From: Candidatus Omnitrophota bacterium | Lineage (GTDB): Bacteria > Omnitrophota > Gorgyraeia > Aquiviventales > Aquiviventaceae | Length of the DNA stretch: 64,000 bases | Reading direction: 5' to 3' | Assembly: GCA_016209275.1 (NCBI GenBank) | Contig: JACQWM010000007.1 | Location: forward strand, 6,865-70,864 | Shown here: in pieces, positions 1-9,891 of the stretch | How the letters are laid out: each line of letters begins with the position of its first letter | Position numbering within the stretch: position 1 is the stretch's first letter | The notes under the pieces: model-generated | What the model saw: the letters and a program-made list of their open reading frames with translations, nothing else | Databases searched by the model: none | What the model was told of the DNA's origin: nothing | Translations under genes and position numbers: made by a program

Positions 1-2
1 TT

Positions 3-1388
3 GTGGGCGCGCTCCTCGCCATCACCCGTTACAACACGACGATTGGCGGCTATCAGCACGAGACCATGATCCCCTGGATCCGAGCGCTTGGCATCGGCTT
101 CCACTTGGGGGTTGATGGCATCAGCGTCGTCCTCGTGCTGTTGCATGCGATCTGCGCATTCACCGGTGTCTTGATTTCCTATGCGATCAAGCAACGCGTC
201 AAAGAGTACTACATGTTTTACCTGCTGCTGATCACCGGCGTCTTCGGCGTGTTCCTCTCGCTCGACCTGTTCTTCTTCTACTTCTTCTACGAGATGGCGG
301 TCATTCCGATGTATCCGCTGATCGGCATGTGGGGCAGCGATGTGAAGGAACAGGGTGCCGTGCGATTTTCCAAAGAGTACGCCGCGATGAAGCTGACGAT
401 TTACCTCACCCTGGGCGCAGTCGTGGCCCTGACCGGCTTGCTGTGGCTGTATGTCACCTCGGGCGCGAAGACGTTTGACCTGGTGGAATTGCAGCGCCAT
501 TTTTCGAGCGCGCCGCTGGCCCCCGCGCTCCAGCGCAGCATCTTCCCCTTGTTGGCGATCGGCTTCGGCGTCATCGCCCCGATGTGGCCGCTGCATAGCT
601 GGTCGCCGATCGGCCATGCCGCGGCACCCTCCGCGGTGAGCATGCTGCACGCCGGGGTGCTCATGAAGCTCGGGTCCTACGCGATCATCCGCCTGGCGAT
701 CGGCCTACTGCCGCTGGGTGCGACGACCTGGCTGCCGTGGATCGCGGCGATTTGCGTGATGAACATCATCTACGGCGGCTTCGTGGCCATGGCCCAAAAA
801 GATTTGAAACTGATCATTGGATATTCGTCGTCGAGCCATATGGGGTATGTGCTGTTAGGGATTGCCTGCCTTACCCCGCTCGCACTCAATGGCGCTGTCC
901 TGCTCATGTTTGCGCACGGCCTCATGACCGCGCTCGCCTTCGCGCTCGTCGGCCACATCTATGACCAAACGCACACGCGATGGCTGCCCGACTTAGGCGG
1001 CCTCGGCCATCAGGTACCATTCATCGCGGTCTGCGGGGTGATGGCCGCGATGGCCTCAAGCGGGCTGCCGGGGTTTGCCAATTTCGTGGCGGAATTGCTA
1101 GTGTTTCTCGGAGGGTGGGACGAGTACCGCATCCCGGTGATCTTCGGCGTCTTCGGCGTGGTCATCACGGCGGTGTATATGCTGCGCTTTGTGCGGGGAA
1201 CGTTTTTTGGGCCGCCGAAGCCAGTGTTTGCCGGACATGTCCGCGATGCGACGACGGCCTTTGCGCGCTTGCCGTATGTCGTCCTCATCGCCACTTTGCT
1301 CGTGGTCGGCTGTTGGCCTCAACCAATCCTTCGGATTATCGATACGAGCAGCCGAGCCTTGATTGAACAGGTCCTGCGCACCCCATGA
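3..1388 (+). CDS. nuoM: NADH-quinone oxidoreductase subunit M (5' end outside window)
   Basis: ORF-track protein has the multi-TM NuoM/ND4 antiporter-like profile and is followed by nuoN with a 4-nt overlap. The ORF is open to the window edge. Confidence 0.88.
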   Translation: MGALLAITRYNTTIGGYQHETMIPWIRALGIGFHLGVDGISVVLVLLHAICAFTGVLISYAIKQRVKEYYMFYLLLITGVFGVFLSLDLFFFYFFYEMAVIPMYPLIGMWGSDVKEQGAVRFSKEYAAMKLTIYLTLGAVVALTGLLWLYVTSGAKTFDLVELQRHFSSAPLAPALQRSIFPLLAIGFGVIAPMWPLHSWSPIGHAAAPSAVSMLHAGVLMKLGSYAIIRLAIGLLPLGATTWLPWIAAICVMNIIYGGFVAMAQKDLKLIIGYSSSSHMGYVLLGIACLTPLALNGAVLLMFAHGLMTALAFALVGHIYDQTHTRWLPDLGGLGHQVPFIAVCGVMAAMASSGLPGFANFVAELLVFLGGWDEYRIPVIFGVFGVVITAVYMLRFVRGTFFGPPKPVFAGHVRDATTAFARLPYVVLIATLLVVGCWPQPILRIIDTSSRALIEQVLRTP

Positions 1389-2860
1389 TGTCCTTCAGTC
1401 TTCTGGGCGTTGAACTCATTATCTGCCTCTGGATCGGCGTCATGCTGATCGCCGATCTCCTCCTGCCGCCTGCTAAAAAATCTTCGCTCTGGCTCCTCGC
1501 CCTCGCCGGTGTGGCCATCGCCGGTGGCGCGCTTTGGACGCAGTCGCAGCATGCCTTGTGGCGCGGCCTGCCTGCCGCGCTGGGCGCGGCGCAGGCAGGC
1601 GAAATCTTCCAAGACATGTTCATCGTCGATCCCTTTTCGTCGTATTTCAAAGCCTTGTTTTTGATCACGGCGGCGATCGTCATCCTCATGACCCGAGAAT
1701 TCCAAGCGCATGTGCCGGCTCATCTGGGGGCGTTCTTCATGCTGCTCTTCACCGCCCTGCTCGGGACCTTAGTGCTCGCCTCGATCAATGACTTGCTGAT
1801 ACTCTTCCTCGGCTTGGAGCTCCTGACGTTTTCGCTCTACATCATGGCGGCGTATCTGAAAACTGATTCACGGTCTGTCGAAGCCGGAATGAAATACCTC
1901 ATTCTCGGCTCTGTCTCCTCAGGGTTTCTTATTTACGGCATCGCCTTGCTCTACGGTTTTGCCGGCGGGACCAGTTTCACCGCGCTGCGAGCGGCGCTTG
2001 CTAACACCGCAGGGCCAGTGCCGCTGACGGCTCAAGCAGGGCTTGTGCTGCTGCTTGCCGGGCTCGGATTTAAGATCGCCGCGGTGCCGTTTCACTTGTG
2101 GGTGCCGGATGTCTACGAGGGAGCGCCCACTCCGGTCGTGGCGTTTTTGTCGGTGGGATCAAAGATGGCGGGGGTCATCGCGATGCTGCGCGTCCTCTAC
2201 GGCGTGTGGCTCCCGCTGCACAGCCTGTGGGGGCCGATGGTCGCCCTCGTATCCGCGGCCACGATGCTCTACGGGAATCTGTGCGCCATTCCCCAAACGA
2301 ACATCAAACGGCTGCTGGGCTATTCCTCCATCGGGCATGCCGGATATCTCCTCATGGGGTTATCCACCGGTTCCGTATTTGGCGTCAGCGCCGTCGCCTA
2401 TTATCTCCTCGCGTTCTTGGTGAGCAATCTCACCGTCTTCTTCGTGGTTATTATCGTCTCAGAAGCCGTCGGGGGAGATCTGATTGAGCACTACCAGGGA
2501 TTATCGACACGCTCGCCGGGACTCGCCGCCGCGATGTTCATTGGCCTGCTGTCGCTCGCCGGAGTCCCCCCGCTGGCAGGATTTGTCGGGAAGCTGTTCG
2601 TGCTCTTGGGGACGATGGAAACCGGCCGCTTGTGGCTCGTGGCTCTGGGTGCTGTGAATGTGGCGATTTCGCTGTATTACTATTTGATGATTGTGAAGCG
2701 GATGTACCTCGATGCGCCACGCTCAACCGCGCCGATCCGGGTGCATCCGCTGGCGATGGCAACGATCGGGGTACTCGTGGTGGGTATCGCGGCGATCGGC
2801 ATCGTTCAAGAACCCTTCCTCACCCGCATTACCCACATTCCGTTCGCTGTCTTGCGGTAA
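1385..2860 (+). CDS. nuoN: NADH-quinone oxidoreductase subunit N
   Basis: 491-aa polytopic membrane protein with NuoN/ND2-type motifs (HLWVPDVYEGAPTPV). ATGA overlap with nuoM. Confidence 0.88.
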   Translation: MMSFSLLGVELIICLWIGVMLIADLLLPPAKKSSLWLLALAGVAIAGGALWTQSQHALWRGLPAALGAAQAGEIFQDMFIVDPFSSYFKALFLITAAIVILMTREFQAHVPAHLGAFFMLLFTALLGTLVLASINDLLILFLGLELLTFSLYIMAAYLKTDSRSVEAGMKYLILGSVSSGFLIYGIALLYGFAGGTSFTALRAALANTAGPVPLTAQAGLVLLLAGLGFKIAAVPFHLWVPDVYEGAPTPVVAFLSVGSKMAGVIAMLRVLYGVWLPLHSLWGPMVALVSAATMLYGNLCAIPQTNIKRLLGYSSIGHAGYLLMGLSTGSVFGVSAVAYYLLAFLVSNLTVFFVVIIVSEAVGGDLIEHYQGLSTRSPGLAAAMFIGLLSLAGVPPLAGFVGKLFVLLGTMETGRLWLVALGAVNVAISLYYYLMIVKRMYLDAPRSTAPIRVHPLAMATIGVLVVGIAAIGIVQEPFLTRITHIPFAVLR

Positions 2861-2881
2861 TTCAGCGCGCATCAGCGGCGC

Positions 2882-3772
2882 CTAGCCGACGTTTCTTCCT
2901 GCAGGTTCCTTAAAGATCTCCTTGAAGAAGGCTTTCATTTCTTCCCAGGATTGCTGATCAGCCTCAGCGTTATACGCCATGCCGGCAGAGGGATCATTGC
3001 CGGCTTCTCGAACCGTAAAACTATGCACCGCGCCTGGATATTGAATCACGCGATAATCCACTCCGGCTTGCTTCATCTCCTCTTCAAGGGCCGCCACGTT
3101 ATCCTGCGTCACAAATGTATCATCCGCCCCGTGGAGCACGAGCACTTTGCCTTTGATCTGTTTCGCATCGGCAAGGTTCGGGGTATCCAGCGCTCCGTGA
3201 AAGCTGACCACGCCAAGAACATCTGCTCCGCTTCGGGCCAATTCCAACACGGTGGTCCCGCCGAAGCAGTAGCCGATGGCCGCGACTCGCGTTGGGTCAA
3301 TGAATGGATGCTGCTTGAAAAAATCGAAGGCGGCGGTGATCCGTCGCCGCATCAGCTGCCGGTCGCTGCGATAGAGGCCGGAGAGCTTCGCCGCCTCTTC
3401 GTGATCCTTCGCCTGAACACCCTTGCCATACATATCGGCGGCAAACGCGATATAGCCCAGCTCCGCCAGTTGCTCGGCCCGGCGCTTGGCGTAGTCGCCG
3501 AGCCCCTTCCACTCATGCACGACCAGCACGCCGGGCCGCTGGCCCTTGAGGGCATCATCGTACGCGATGTAACCTTCCAACACGGCATCACCATCGTGAT
3601 ATTCCACCGTCTCCGTTTTCACCGCCGCCTGCGCATGAGGAGCAAGAGCCATGCTGAGGAAGATCACAGCCATCAAACGTTTCATGGTGCACATGCTCCT
3701 GTTGTGATTACGACGAAATTTTTCCGAAGAGATGGCGCAGCGCTGGTTCAAGAGTAGGATACCGAAACACAT
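2882..3772 (-). CDS. dienelactone hydrolase family protein (secreted)
   Basis: DLH-family motifs (HEWKGL, GYCFGG, catalytic His near the C-terminus). The probable real start is the internal MKRLMAVIFLSMALAPHAQA signal peptide about 29 codons downstream of the ORF-track start, which also removes the overlap with the next gene. Confidence 0.72.
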   Translation of the reverse strand: MCFGILLLNQRCAISSEKFRRNHNRSMCTMKRLMAVIFLSMALAPHAQAAVKTETVEYHDGDAVLEGYIAYDDALKGQRPGVLVVHEWKGLGDYAKRRAEQLAELGYIAFAADMYGKGVQAKDHEEAAKLSGLYRSDRQLMRRRITAAFDFFKQHPFIDPTRVAAIGYCFGGTTVLELARSGADVLGVVSFHGALDTPNLADAKQIKGKVLVLHGADDTFVTQDNVAALEEEMKQAGVDYRVIQYPGAVHSFTVREAGNDPSAGMAYNAEADQQSWEEMKAFFKEIFKEPAGRNVG

Positions 3773-4586
3773 AGCCGGTGTCTAGGAGTCGGGCGGGCCG
3801 CACGCGAGCGCTGGAGAGCAGGACCTCCTCAGCCATCTGGCCCATCAATACGCGCAGGGCAAATGACGGCACAGGAACGATGGTTGGACGCGACAGCACG
3901 CGTCCAAGCGTTTTCGTAAATTCTCGATTGGTCACGGGATTCGGCGCGACAAGATTCACCGGTCCCTGCAGGGTTTCACGCGTGAGCGCGTGGAGCATCC
4001 CTCCAAGGATGTCATCGAGAGCAATCCAGCTCATGTATTGGCGCCCTGAGCCGAGTACCCCGCCAAGACCACACTGAAAAGGCGGCAGCATCAGCTTGAG
4101 CGCTCCACCGACCGGGCTCAGCACCACACCGATTCGCACATGCACCACGCGGATCCCCCGGCGTCTCGCAGGATCGGCTGCGGCCTCCCACTGGCGGCAG
4201 ACTTCAGCCAAAAACCCCGAGCCCTGCGTGCTGTGCTCTTCCAATATCTCTTCACCACGATCACCATAAAAACCAATAGCTGAGGCCGTCACCAGAACCT
4301 TGGGAGGTTGAGACAGATGAGCCAACGCTTCACTCAGCCTGCGCGTTCCATGGGCTCGGCTGTCACGAATGCGCTGTTTCTTCTGCTCGGACCATCGGCC
4401 GATGATCGGCTCTCCGGCTAAATGGATGGCGCCTTCGACCCCTTCAAACCCCGAAACCTCAGGCGATCGGGGCACACGAACGACGGTATGCCCTTCAGCC
4501 GCCAGAGACGGGATGAGGGCAGATCCGATAAACCCTGTGGACCCTGAGACGGCGATTTTCATGTTGCAATATGGCAACGATACCAC
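3708..4586 (-). CDS. TIGR01777/YfcH-family NAD-dependent epimerase (DUF1731)
   Basis: GSTGFIGSALIP Rossmann motif and strong collinear similarity to E. coli YfcH (HLAGEPI...RW, LPPF..GLGG..GSGRQY.SWI). The likely start is MKIAVSG, 8 codons in. Confidence 0.82.
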   Translation of the reverse strand: MVSLPYCNMKIAVSGSTGFIGSALIPSLAAEGHTVVRVPRSPEVSGFEGVEGAIHLAGEPIIGRWSEQKKQRIRDSRAHGTRRLSEALAHLSQPPKVLVTASAIGFYGDRGEEILEEHSTQGSGFLAEVCRQWEAAADPARRRGIRVVHVRIGVVLSPVGGALKLMLPPFQCGLGGVLGSGRQYMSWIALDDILGGMLHALTRETLQGPVNLVAPNPVTNREFTKTLGRVLSRPTIVPVPSFALRVLMGQMAEEVLLSSARVRPARLLDTGYVFRYPTLEPALRHLFGKISS

Positions 4587-4618
4587 GGCAATGGATGGTT
4601 CGCAACAGCCGGAGGATA

Positions 4619-5281
4619 TTAGATTGACGGAGCAATGTTGGTGCCGGGGGGAGGAGGCGGAGGCGTTGCGGGAAGCTGCGTAAACTCTTGAGGCGTGAGC
4701 TGGACGAATTTTTCAGGGGCGTCCCCGAATTTGCGAGTGCCGGGGTTGAGGAGCTCTTTGATGTCAATCCACATGCCATCGCGGGAGTAGGCGGCGATGT
4801 CATGGCGCTGCGTATCCATCCGGATCGCATCCTCCGGGCAGGCCTCAACGCAGTAGCCGCAATAGACGCACTTGCCCAGGTCGATGTCAAAACTCTTCGG
4901 CACTTTTTCCACGTTCGGGTCTGGGTGCTCGCCAGCCACGATGTAGATGCAGCGGGCCGGGCAGACCGTCTCGCACATCATGCAGGCCACACAGCGAGGC
5001 GTGCCGTCAGCGCGCTTTGTCAGACGATGGCGCGTGCGCAGCCGAGGCGAGGTCACCCGACGCTGATCCGGGTACTGGATCGTCACCGACGCTGGGATAT
5101 TGCGGAAGAGCCCGACGCGATGCGCGATGTGCAGGCCGAGGTTTTGCCAAAAGTGACGGTTGGTGATCAGTAACCCTTGGGCGATGGCCGGCAAATAGGT
5201 GCGCTCCCACCAACTGAGCTTGCGGCGCTTGTGCGCATCGCGCAGCCGATGCAGTAATTGATGACTTAACGTCTCAGCCAT
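4619..5281 (-). CDS. nuoI: NADH-quinone oxidoreductase subunit I (2x[4Fe-4S])
   Basis: Two CxxCxxCxxxCP ferredoxin motifs (CVACMMCETVCP and CVYCGYCVEACP) and NuoI-type N-terminal region. Pro-rich C-terminal tail. Lies between nuoH and the epimerase gene. Confidence 0.85.
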   Translation of the reverse strand: MAETLSHQLLHRLRDAHKRRKLSWWERTYLPAIAQGLLITNRHFWQNLGLHIAHRVGLFRNIPASVTIQYPDQRRVTSPRLRTRHRLTKRADGTPRCVACMMCETVCPARCIYIVAGEHPDPNVEKVPKSFDIDLGKCVYCGYCVEACPEDAIRMDTQRHDIAAYSRDGMWIDIKELLNPGTRKFGDAPEKFVQLTPQEFTQLPATPPPPPPGTNIAPSI

Positions 5282-5283
5282 TT

Positions 5284-6402
5284 TTACCTTAATACGATGA
5301 TTACGCTCGTAACTGCGATATTGACTAACGAGAGGGGAAACAGAACCTTCCAGCCTAAGTGCATCAGCTGGTCATACCGAAATCGCGGCAGAGTCCATCG
5401 AATCAACATGAAGAACCAGATGAAACCTGAGACTTTGAGCGTCAACGACACGAGTCCGACGGCCACAAAGGCGAGATGCGGCACCGCCACGACCGCGCCC
5501 CACGGGAAATGGAACCCATCGGCGGCGAGCCACGGCGTTTGCCATCCGCCGAAAAACAGCACGGCGGTCAGCGCAGACACCAGCACGATTTCGACGAAGT
5601 CGGTCAAGAAAAACGCGCCGAACTTCATGCCGCTGTATTCGGTGAAGTAACCGATGATTTCCGGTTCGCCTTCCGGCAGATCAAACGGCACGCGCTTGGT
5701 TTCTGCTAAGGCGGCGGTGACAAAAATAATGAACGCCAACGGCTGCGTGATGATCCCCCATAAGGGAATCCATCCGCCGGCGACATGGCTGCCCTGCTTC
5801 AGGATGATCTGGTTCAGATCCAGCGTGCCATAGCAGATCACAACCCCGATGAGCGAAACGCCTAAGGCGATTTCATAGGCCAGCATTTGGGACGCCGCGC
5901 GCAACCCGCCGATCGTGGAGAAGTTGTTGCCCGACACCATGCCGGCGAGGATTACCCCGTAGATGCCGATGGAGGCGAGGGCCAGGACCACGAGCAGCCC
6001 GGCGTTGATGTTGGCGACTTGCAGCGGAATTTCTCGGCCCCACAGTTGCAGCGTCGGCCCGAGAGGAATCGCCGCAAAGGCTACGATGGCGAAAAAGACC
6101 GAGAGAAACGGGGCCAGCGTGTGGAGAAACTTATCTCCCCTCGCTGGAATGATATCTTCCTTGGAGATCATCTTCAGCACATCGGCCAGCGCGTTGATGA
6201 TTCCTAAGCTGCCAAGCTTGCGGATGACCCAGTTGAGCGGCCCAAGCCACCGCCAGGTGAAGTAGGCCCGGTTCGCGCCCACGCGGTCTTGCATCAGCGC
6301 GCTTTGCTTGCGCTCCAGCCAGGTCTGCGCGCCGGCAAGATTCAGCACGCCGCCGAGCACGAGCAGACTGACAATCACTTTAATCCAAAAATCAATCCAC
6401 AT
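5284..6402 (-). CDS. nuoH: NADH-quinone oxidoreductase subunit H
   Basis: 372-aa polytopic protein with the NuoH/ND1 signature (EYSGMKFGAFFLTDF...). Position matches operon order. Confidence 0.88.
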   Translation of the reverse strand: MWIDFWIKVIVSLLVLGGVLNLAGAQTWLERKQSALMQDRVGANRAYFTWRWLGPLNWVIRKLGSLGIINALADVLKMISKEDIIPARGDKFLHTLAPFLSVFFAIVAFAAIPLGPTLQLWGREIPLQVANINAGLLVVLALASIGIYGVILAGMVSGNNFSTIGGLRAASQMLAYEIALGVSLIGVVICYGTLDLNQIILKQGSHVAGGWIPLWGIITQPLAFIIFVTAALAETKRVPFDLPEGEPEIIGYFTEYSGMKFGAFFLTDFVEIVLVSALTAVLFFGGWQTPWLAADGFHFPWGAVVAVPHLAFVAVGLVSLTLKVSGFIWFFMLIRWTLPRFRYDQLMHLGWKVLFPLSLVNIAVTSVIIVLR

Positions 6403-6422
6403 CGTTGGTCACAAGTCACAAG

Positions 6423-8003
6423 TTACTGCTCCAAGAACGCCCCCTGATCACCGATCGCTTGATAGGACAATCCTTGGAACGATTGTTCGATCTTGGCAAG
6501 TTCATCAAATGTGGTCTTGGCATCAACGAACCGTGTTTTCAAGCCAAGGCGCTGAGCCAACTCGTTGAAAATCTCAAGTTCGGAACGGGCCTCAGCCCAT
6601 GGCAGCAGGGCGGCATGGATGCGCTGCACCCGACCTTCGAAATTCGTCAGCGTGCCTTCCTTCTCAGCGCAGACCGCGCTGGGAAGCACCACATCCGCAT
6701 GATCTGCAGCCGGAGTAGCATTCGCGCCAACGAAAACGACGAACTCCAGATTGGCTGGCACCGTCACATCCGGCGAAAACACGAAGAGGGCTGTGATCTG
6801 CTTCTTCGTCACTTTTTCCAAAAGGCCCCCAGCTCCTTCAGGAATGCCAAGCGCCTGGGCGCCTTTGGTGTTCGGCGATCGATCGGCTTGCAGCAACAGA
6901 TCGTCACTCGATCCACTCTTGGGTCGTTGAAACACGATCTGCGCAATACCGAGTTCCGTGAAGAACCGCTTGGCCGCAAACAGATCTTCGTTGGTCATGT
7001 GACTTGAAAGCACGACACCCACGCGATCGAGCTGTTTCGCGCCGCGAAGCTGCGTGAGCCGCTCAACAATCCGCGCGACTCCCTCCTCCCATGTCGCCTG
7101 CCGCACATGGCCATGGTCTTTGACGCCGACATGCGTGAGCCGATTTTCATCGATATAGTTGTAGCCGTAGCGGCCGACATCGCACATCCACCATTTGTTG
7201 ACATCGGCGTTGTAGCGGGGTTTGAGGCGCATGACGCGCTCGCCATTGGCGATATGCGGGCGCCATTCGCGCTCGCGATTATAGTGAATCTCGATGTTGC
7301 AGCCGCGGGAGCAGCCGGTGCACACCGATTTCGCCGAGCCCAGGTACCACACGCGGCATTTGAATCGAAAGTCGCGGTCGGTGAGAGCGCCGACTGGGCA
7401 GATATCGACGACATTGCCTGAATAATTGTTGTCCAACGTCTTCCCCGGATGCACGCCGATTTCCGAATGATCGCCCCGATTGAAAATGCCGAACTCGCCG
7501 GTCTTCGTGACTTCATCGGTAAACCGCACGCAGCGCGAGCAGAGGATGCACCGCTCCGCGTCCAGCATTACTGTCGGGCCGATGGGCACCGCCTTGGGCT
7601 TCTTATGCTTGGTCTCGTTGAACTTCGGATCGTAGAGGCCATGCTGCATGTAGTAGTCCTGCAGCCAACATTCGCCAGCCTGATCGCAGACCGGGCAGTC
7701 CAGCGGATGGTTGATCAGCAGAAACTCCAGCACATCGCGGCGCCCGGCCAGTGTTTTATCGCTGGTCGTGTTGACCGCCATGCCCTCGGCTACGCGCGTG
7801 TGGCAGCCGATTTGCAGCTTCGGGGCCCCGGCGATTTCCACCAGGCAGATGCGACAGTTGCCGGCGATGGAGAGGCCTGGGTGGTAGCAGTAGAACGGAA
7901 TCGGGCTGCCGGCTTTTTCGCAGGCCTGCAGCACCGTCGTCCCCTCCGCCACCGTCACCGATTTTCCGTCGATCGTCAATGTGATTTGCTTTGGCTCAGG
8001 CAT
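6423..8003 (-). CDS. nuoG: NADH-quinone oxidoreductase subunit G, short form (~527 aa)
   Basis: N-terminal 2Fe-2S and 4Fe-4S cysteine clusters (CYHPGLSIAGNCRICLVEI, HPLDCPVCDQAGEC) and a molybdopterin-like domain without the long C-terminal extension. ATG at 8003 (MPEPKQITLTIDG) verified in sequence. The ORF-track start at 8039 is a GTG. Confidence 0.85.
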   Translation of the reverse strand: MPEPKQITLTIDGKSVTVAEGTTVLQACEKAGSPIPFYCYHPGLSIAGNCRICLVEIAGAPKLQIGCHTRVAEGMAVNTTSDKTLAGRRDVLEFLLINHPLDCPVCDQAGECWLQDYYMQHGLYDPKFNETKHKKPKAVPIGPTVMLDAERCILCSRCVRFTDEVTKTGEFGIFNRGDHSEIGVHPGKTLDNNYSGNVVDICPVGALTDRDFRFKCRVWYLGSAKSVCTGCSRGCNIEIHYNREREWRPHIANGERVMRLKPRYNADVNKWWMCDVGRYGYNYIDENRLTHVGVKDHGHVRQATWEEGVARIVERLTQLRGAKQLDRVGVVLSSHMTNEDLFAAKRFFTELGIAQIVFQRPKSGSSDDLLLQADRSPNTKGAQALGIPEGAGGLLEKVTKKQITALFVFSPDVTVPANLEFVVFVGANATPAADHADVVLPSAVCAEKEGTLTNFEGRVQRIHAALLPWAEARSELEIFNELAQRLGLKTRFVDAKTTFDELAKIEQSFQGLSYQAIGDQGAFLEQ

Positions 8004-8016
8004 TTTCTTTCCAAAT

Positions 8017-8091
8017 GCGACACATGACCCATGACTCACGACTCATGACTATTCTGGTTGAAGTCCAGGGTCATGTGTCGTGGGTCGCGAC
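8017..8091. repeat. CATGAC-heptamer imperfect inverted repeat between nuoG and nuoEF, copy 1
   Basis: gcgacacatgacccatgactcacgactcatgact ... gtcatgtgtcg. An 11-bp stem cgacacatgac/gtcatgtgtcg was verified. It shares the core gacacatgacccatgac with the element at 21035-21120. Confidence 0.55.
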
Positions 8092-9882
8092 AGCAACAAC
8101 TGGCGTCGTTTGTGATCCAAGATTGCAACGCTTTTCTCGAACGTGGTATTCAAACTCGTCACGAAATTTTCTGATGTAGCTCTGCACCGGCCAGGCCGCG
8201 GCATCGGCGAAGACGCAGATCGTGCGGCCTTCCATGTTGCCGGCGATATTGAGCAGAATGTCGAGGTCTTGCTGCCGGCCCTGCCCTTTCATGATCCGAT
8301 CCACAATCTTGAACACCCATCCGGTGCCTTCGCGGCACGGCGAGCATTGGCCGCACGATTCATGCGCAAAGAACTTCGAGGCGAACCAGAGCGCGCGGAC
8401 CATGCAGGTGGTGTTGTCCATCGTGATCACACCGGCCGAACCTGCCATCGTGCCGGTGGCGAGCAGCGAGTCAAAATCCATGCGGACATCAATCTCGTCT
8501 GCGCGTAAAATCTTCGCTGAGATACCTCCAGGGATGACGGCTTTAAGTTCGCGCCCTTCGGCCACGCCGCCGGCTGCCGCAATCAGTTCGCGCAGTGTCA
8601 CCCCATGAGAAGCTTCATACAGGCCAGGCTTCTGGACATGACCGCTCATGGAAAACAAGCGCGTGCCACCGGTCTTACCGAACCCGAACTTGGCAAACCA
8701 CTCCCCGCCTTTGCCAATGATCGGCGGCACACAGGCCAGGGTCTCCACATTGTTGATCACCGTCGGCGACGCAAAGAGCCCGGCGATGGCAGGAAAGGGC
8801 GGTTTCAACCGCGGAAAACCTTTCTTGCCTTCAAGGGACTCCAGCAGCGCTGTTTCTTCGCCACAGATATAGGCCCCGGCTCCTCGATGCACGACAATAT
8901 CCAGCGAATAGTCCGTGTTAAAGATACGGTTGCCAATAAAGCCGTACCTTCTCGCATCATCGATGGCCTGCTGCACAATCTGTGCCGGGCGTACATATTC
9001 GCCGCGGATGTAGATGTAGGCTTTGCGGCAGCCGGTGGCGAAGGCGGCGATGATCATGCCCTCAATCAATCGATGAGGATCCCGCTCGATGATGTACCGA
9101 TCCTTCATCGTGCCTGGCTCGCCTTCATCCGCATTGACGACGAGAAACTTCGGTTTCGTCGAGCCCTTGGGAATAAAGCTCCACTTCTTTCCCGCCGGAA
9201 AGCCGGCACCCCCAAGACCGCGTAAATTGGATTTAGTCACTTCGGCAATCACCTGATCCGGCGACAGCTCGGTGAGCGCCTTACGCGCGCTCTGATAGCC
9301 GTCATCACGGACATACGTCTCGATCTTCTCTGAATCTTTAACGCTGAATCGTCTCGAGAGAATCGGTTCGACCAGTCCCACGGTGCCGCGAAACGCATTC
9401 GGGATCTCCGGCAACGACTCTGGTGATTGCACCAACGTGCTGATGATCTCGCGGGTGATGGGCCCCACATACTGATCATTGACCTGCATCATCGGCCCAT
9501 GCTCGCAGGCACAGAGGCACTCGACGGTTGAGAGGGTGAACTTGCCATCCGGGGTCGTTTGGCCTGGTGCGATCCCTAAGCGCTCGGAAATCCCCGCGAC
9601 ACAGCCATCCGCGCCCTTGAGCGCGCAGGCGATGTTGTGGCAGACCTGGACGTGATATTTCCCAACCGGAGTTTGGTGGAACAAGGTGTAAAAGGTGACG
9701 GCTTCGTGGACGTGCGCCGGGGCCACGTCCAGCAGCTGGCCGACCCAGTTTTCGGCGTCGGTTGTAATGTGGCCGAAGCGCTCCTGTATTAAGCGCAACA
9801 CCGGCAGCATCGCCGCCCGCTTCTGCTCGTAGCGAGCGACAATCGCCTCGGTTTCTTGTCGTATTGAGTCCAAAGACTTCAT
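8071..9882 (-). CDS. nuoF: fused NADH-quinone oxidoreductase subunits E (24 kDa, 2Fe-2S) and F (51 kDa, FMN/NADH/4Fe-4S)
   Basis: N-terminal NuoE-type thioredoxin-like domain with CxxxxC...CxxxC cysteines (CHNIACALKG...CLCACEHGP). It runs directly into the NuoF GxGGAGFP...NADEGEPGT...CGQCSPCREG motifs in one 603-aa ORF. Confidence 0.85.
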   Translation of the reverse strand: MKSLDSIRQETEAIVARYEQKRAAMLPVLRLIQERFGHITTDAENWVGQLLDVAPAHVHEAVTFYTLFHQTPVGKYHVQVCHNIACALKGADGCVAGISERLGIAPGQTTPDGKFTLSTVECLCACEHGPMMQVNDQYVGPITREIISTLVQSPESLPEIPNAFRGTVGLVEPILSRRFSVKDSEKIETYVRDDGYQSARKALTELSPDQVIAEVTKSNLRGLGGAGFPAGKKWSFIPKGSTKPKFLVVNADEGEPGTMKDRYIIERDPHRLIEGMIIAAFATGCRKAYIYIRGEYVRPAQIVQQAIDDARRYGFIGNRIFNTDYSLDIVVHRGAGAYICGEETALLESLEGKKGFPRLKPPFPAIAGLFASPTVINNVETLACVPPIIGKGGEWFAKFGFGKTGGTRLFSMSGHVQKPGLYEASHGVTLRELIAAAGGVAEGRELKAVIPGGISAKILRADEIDVRMDFDSLLATGTMAGSAGVITMDNTTCMVRALWFASKFFAHESCGQCSPCREGTGWVFKIVDRIMKGQGRQQDLDILLNIAGNMEGRTICVFADAAAWPVQSYIRKFRDEFEYHVREKRCNLGSQTTPVVAVATHDT

Positions 9883-9891
9883 CTCTCAAGG

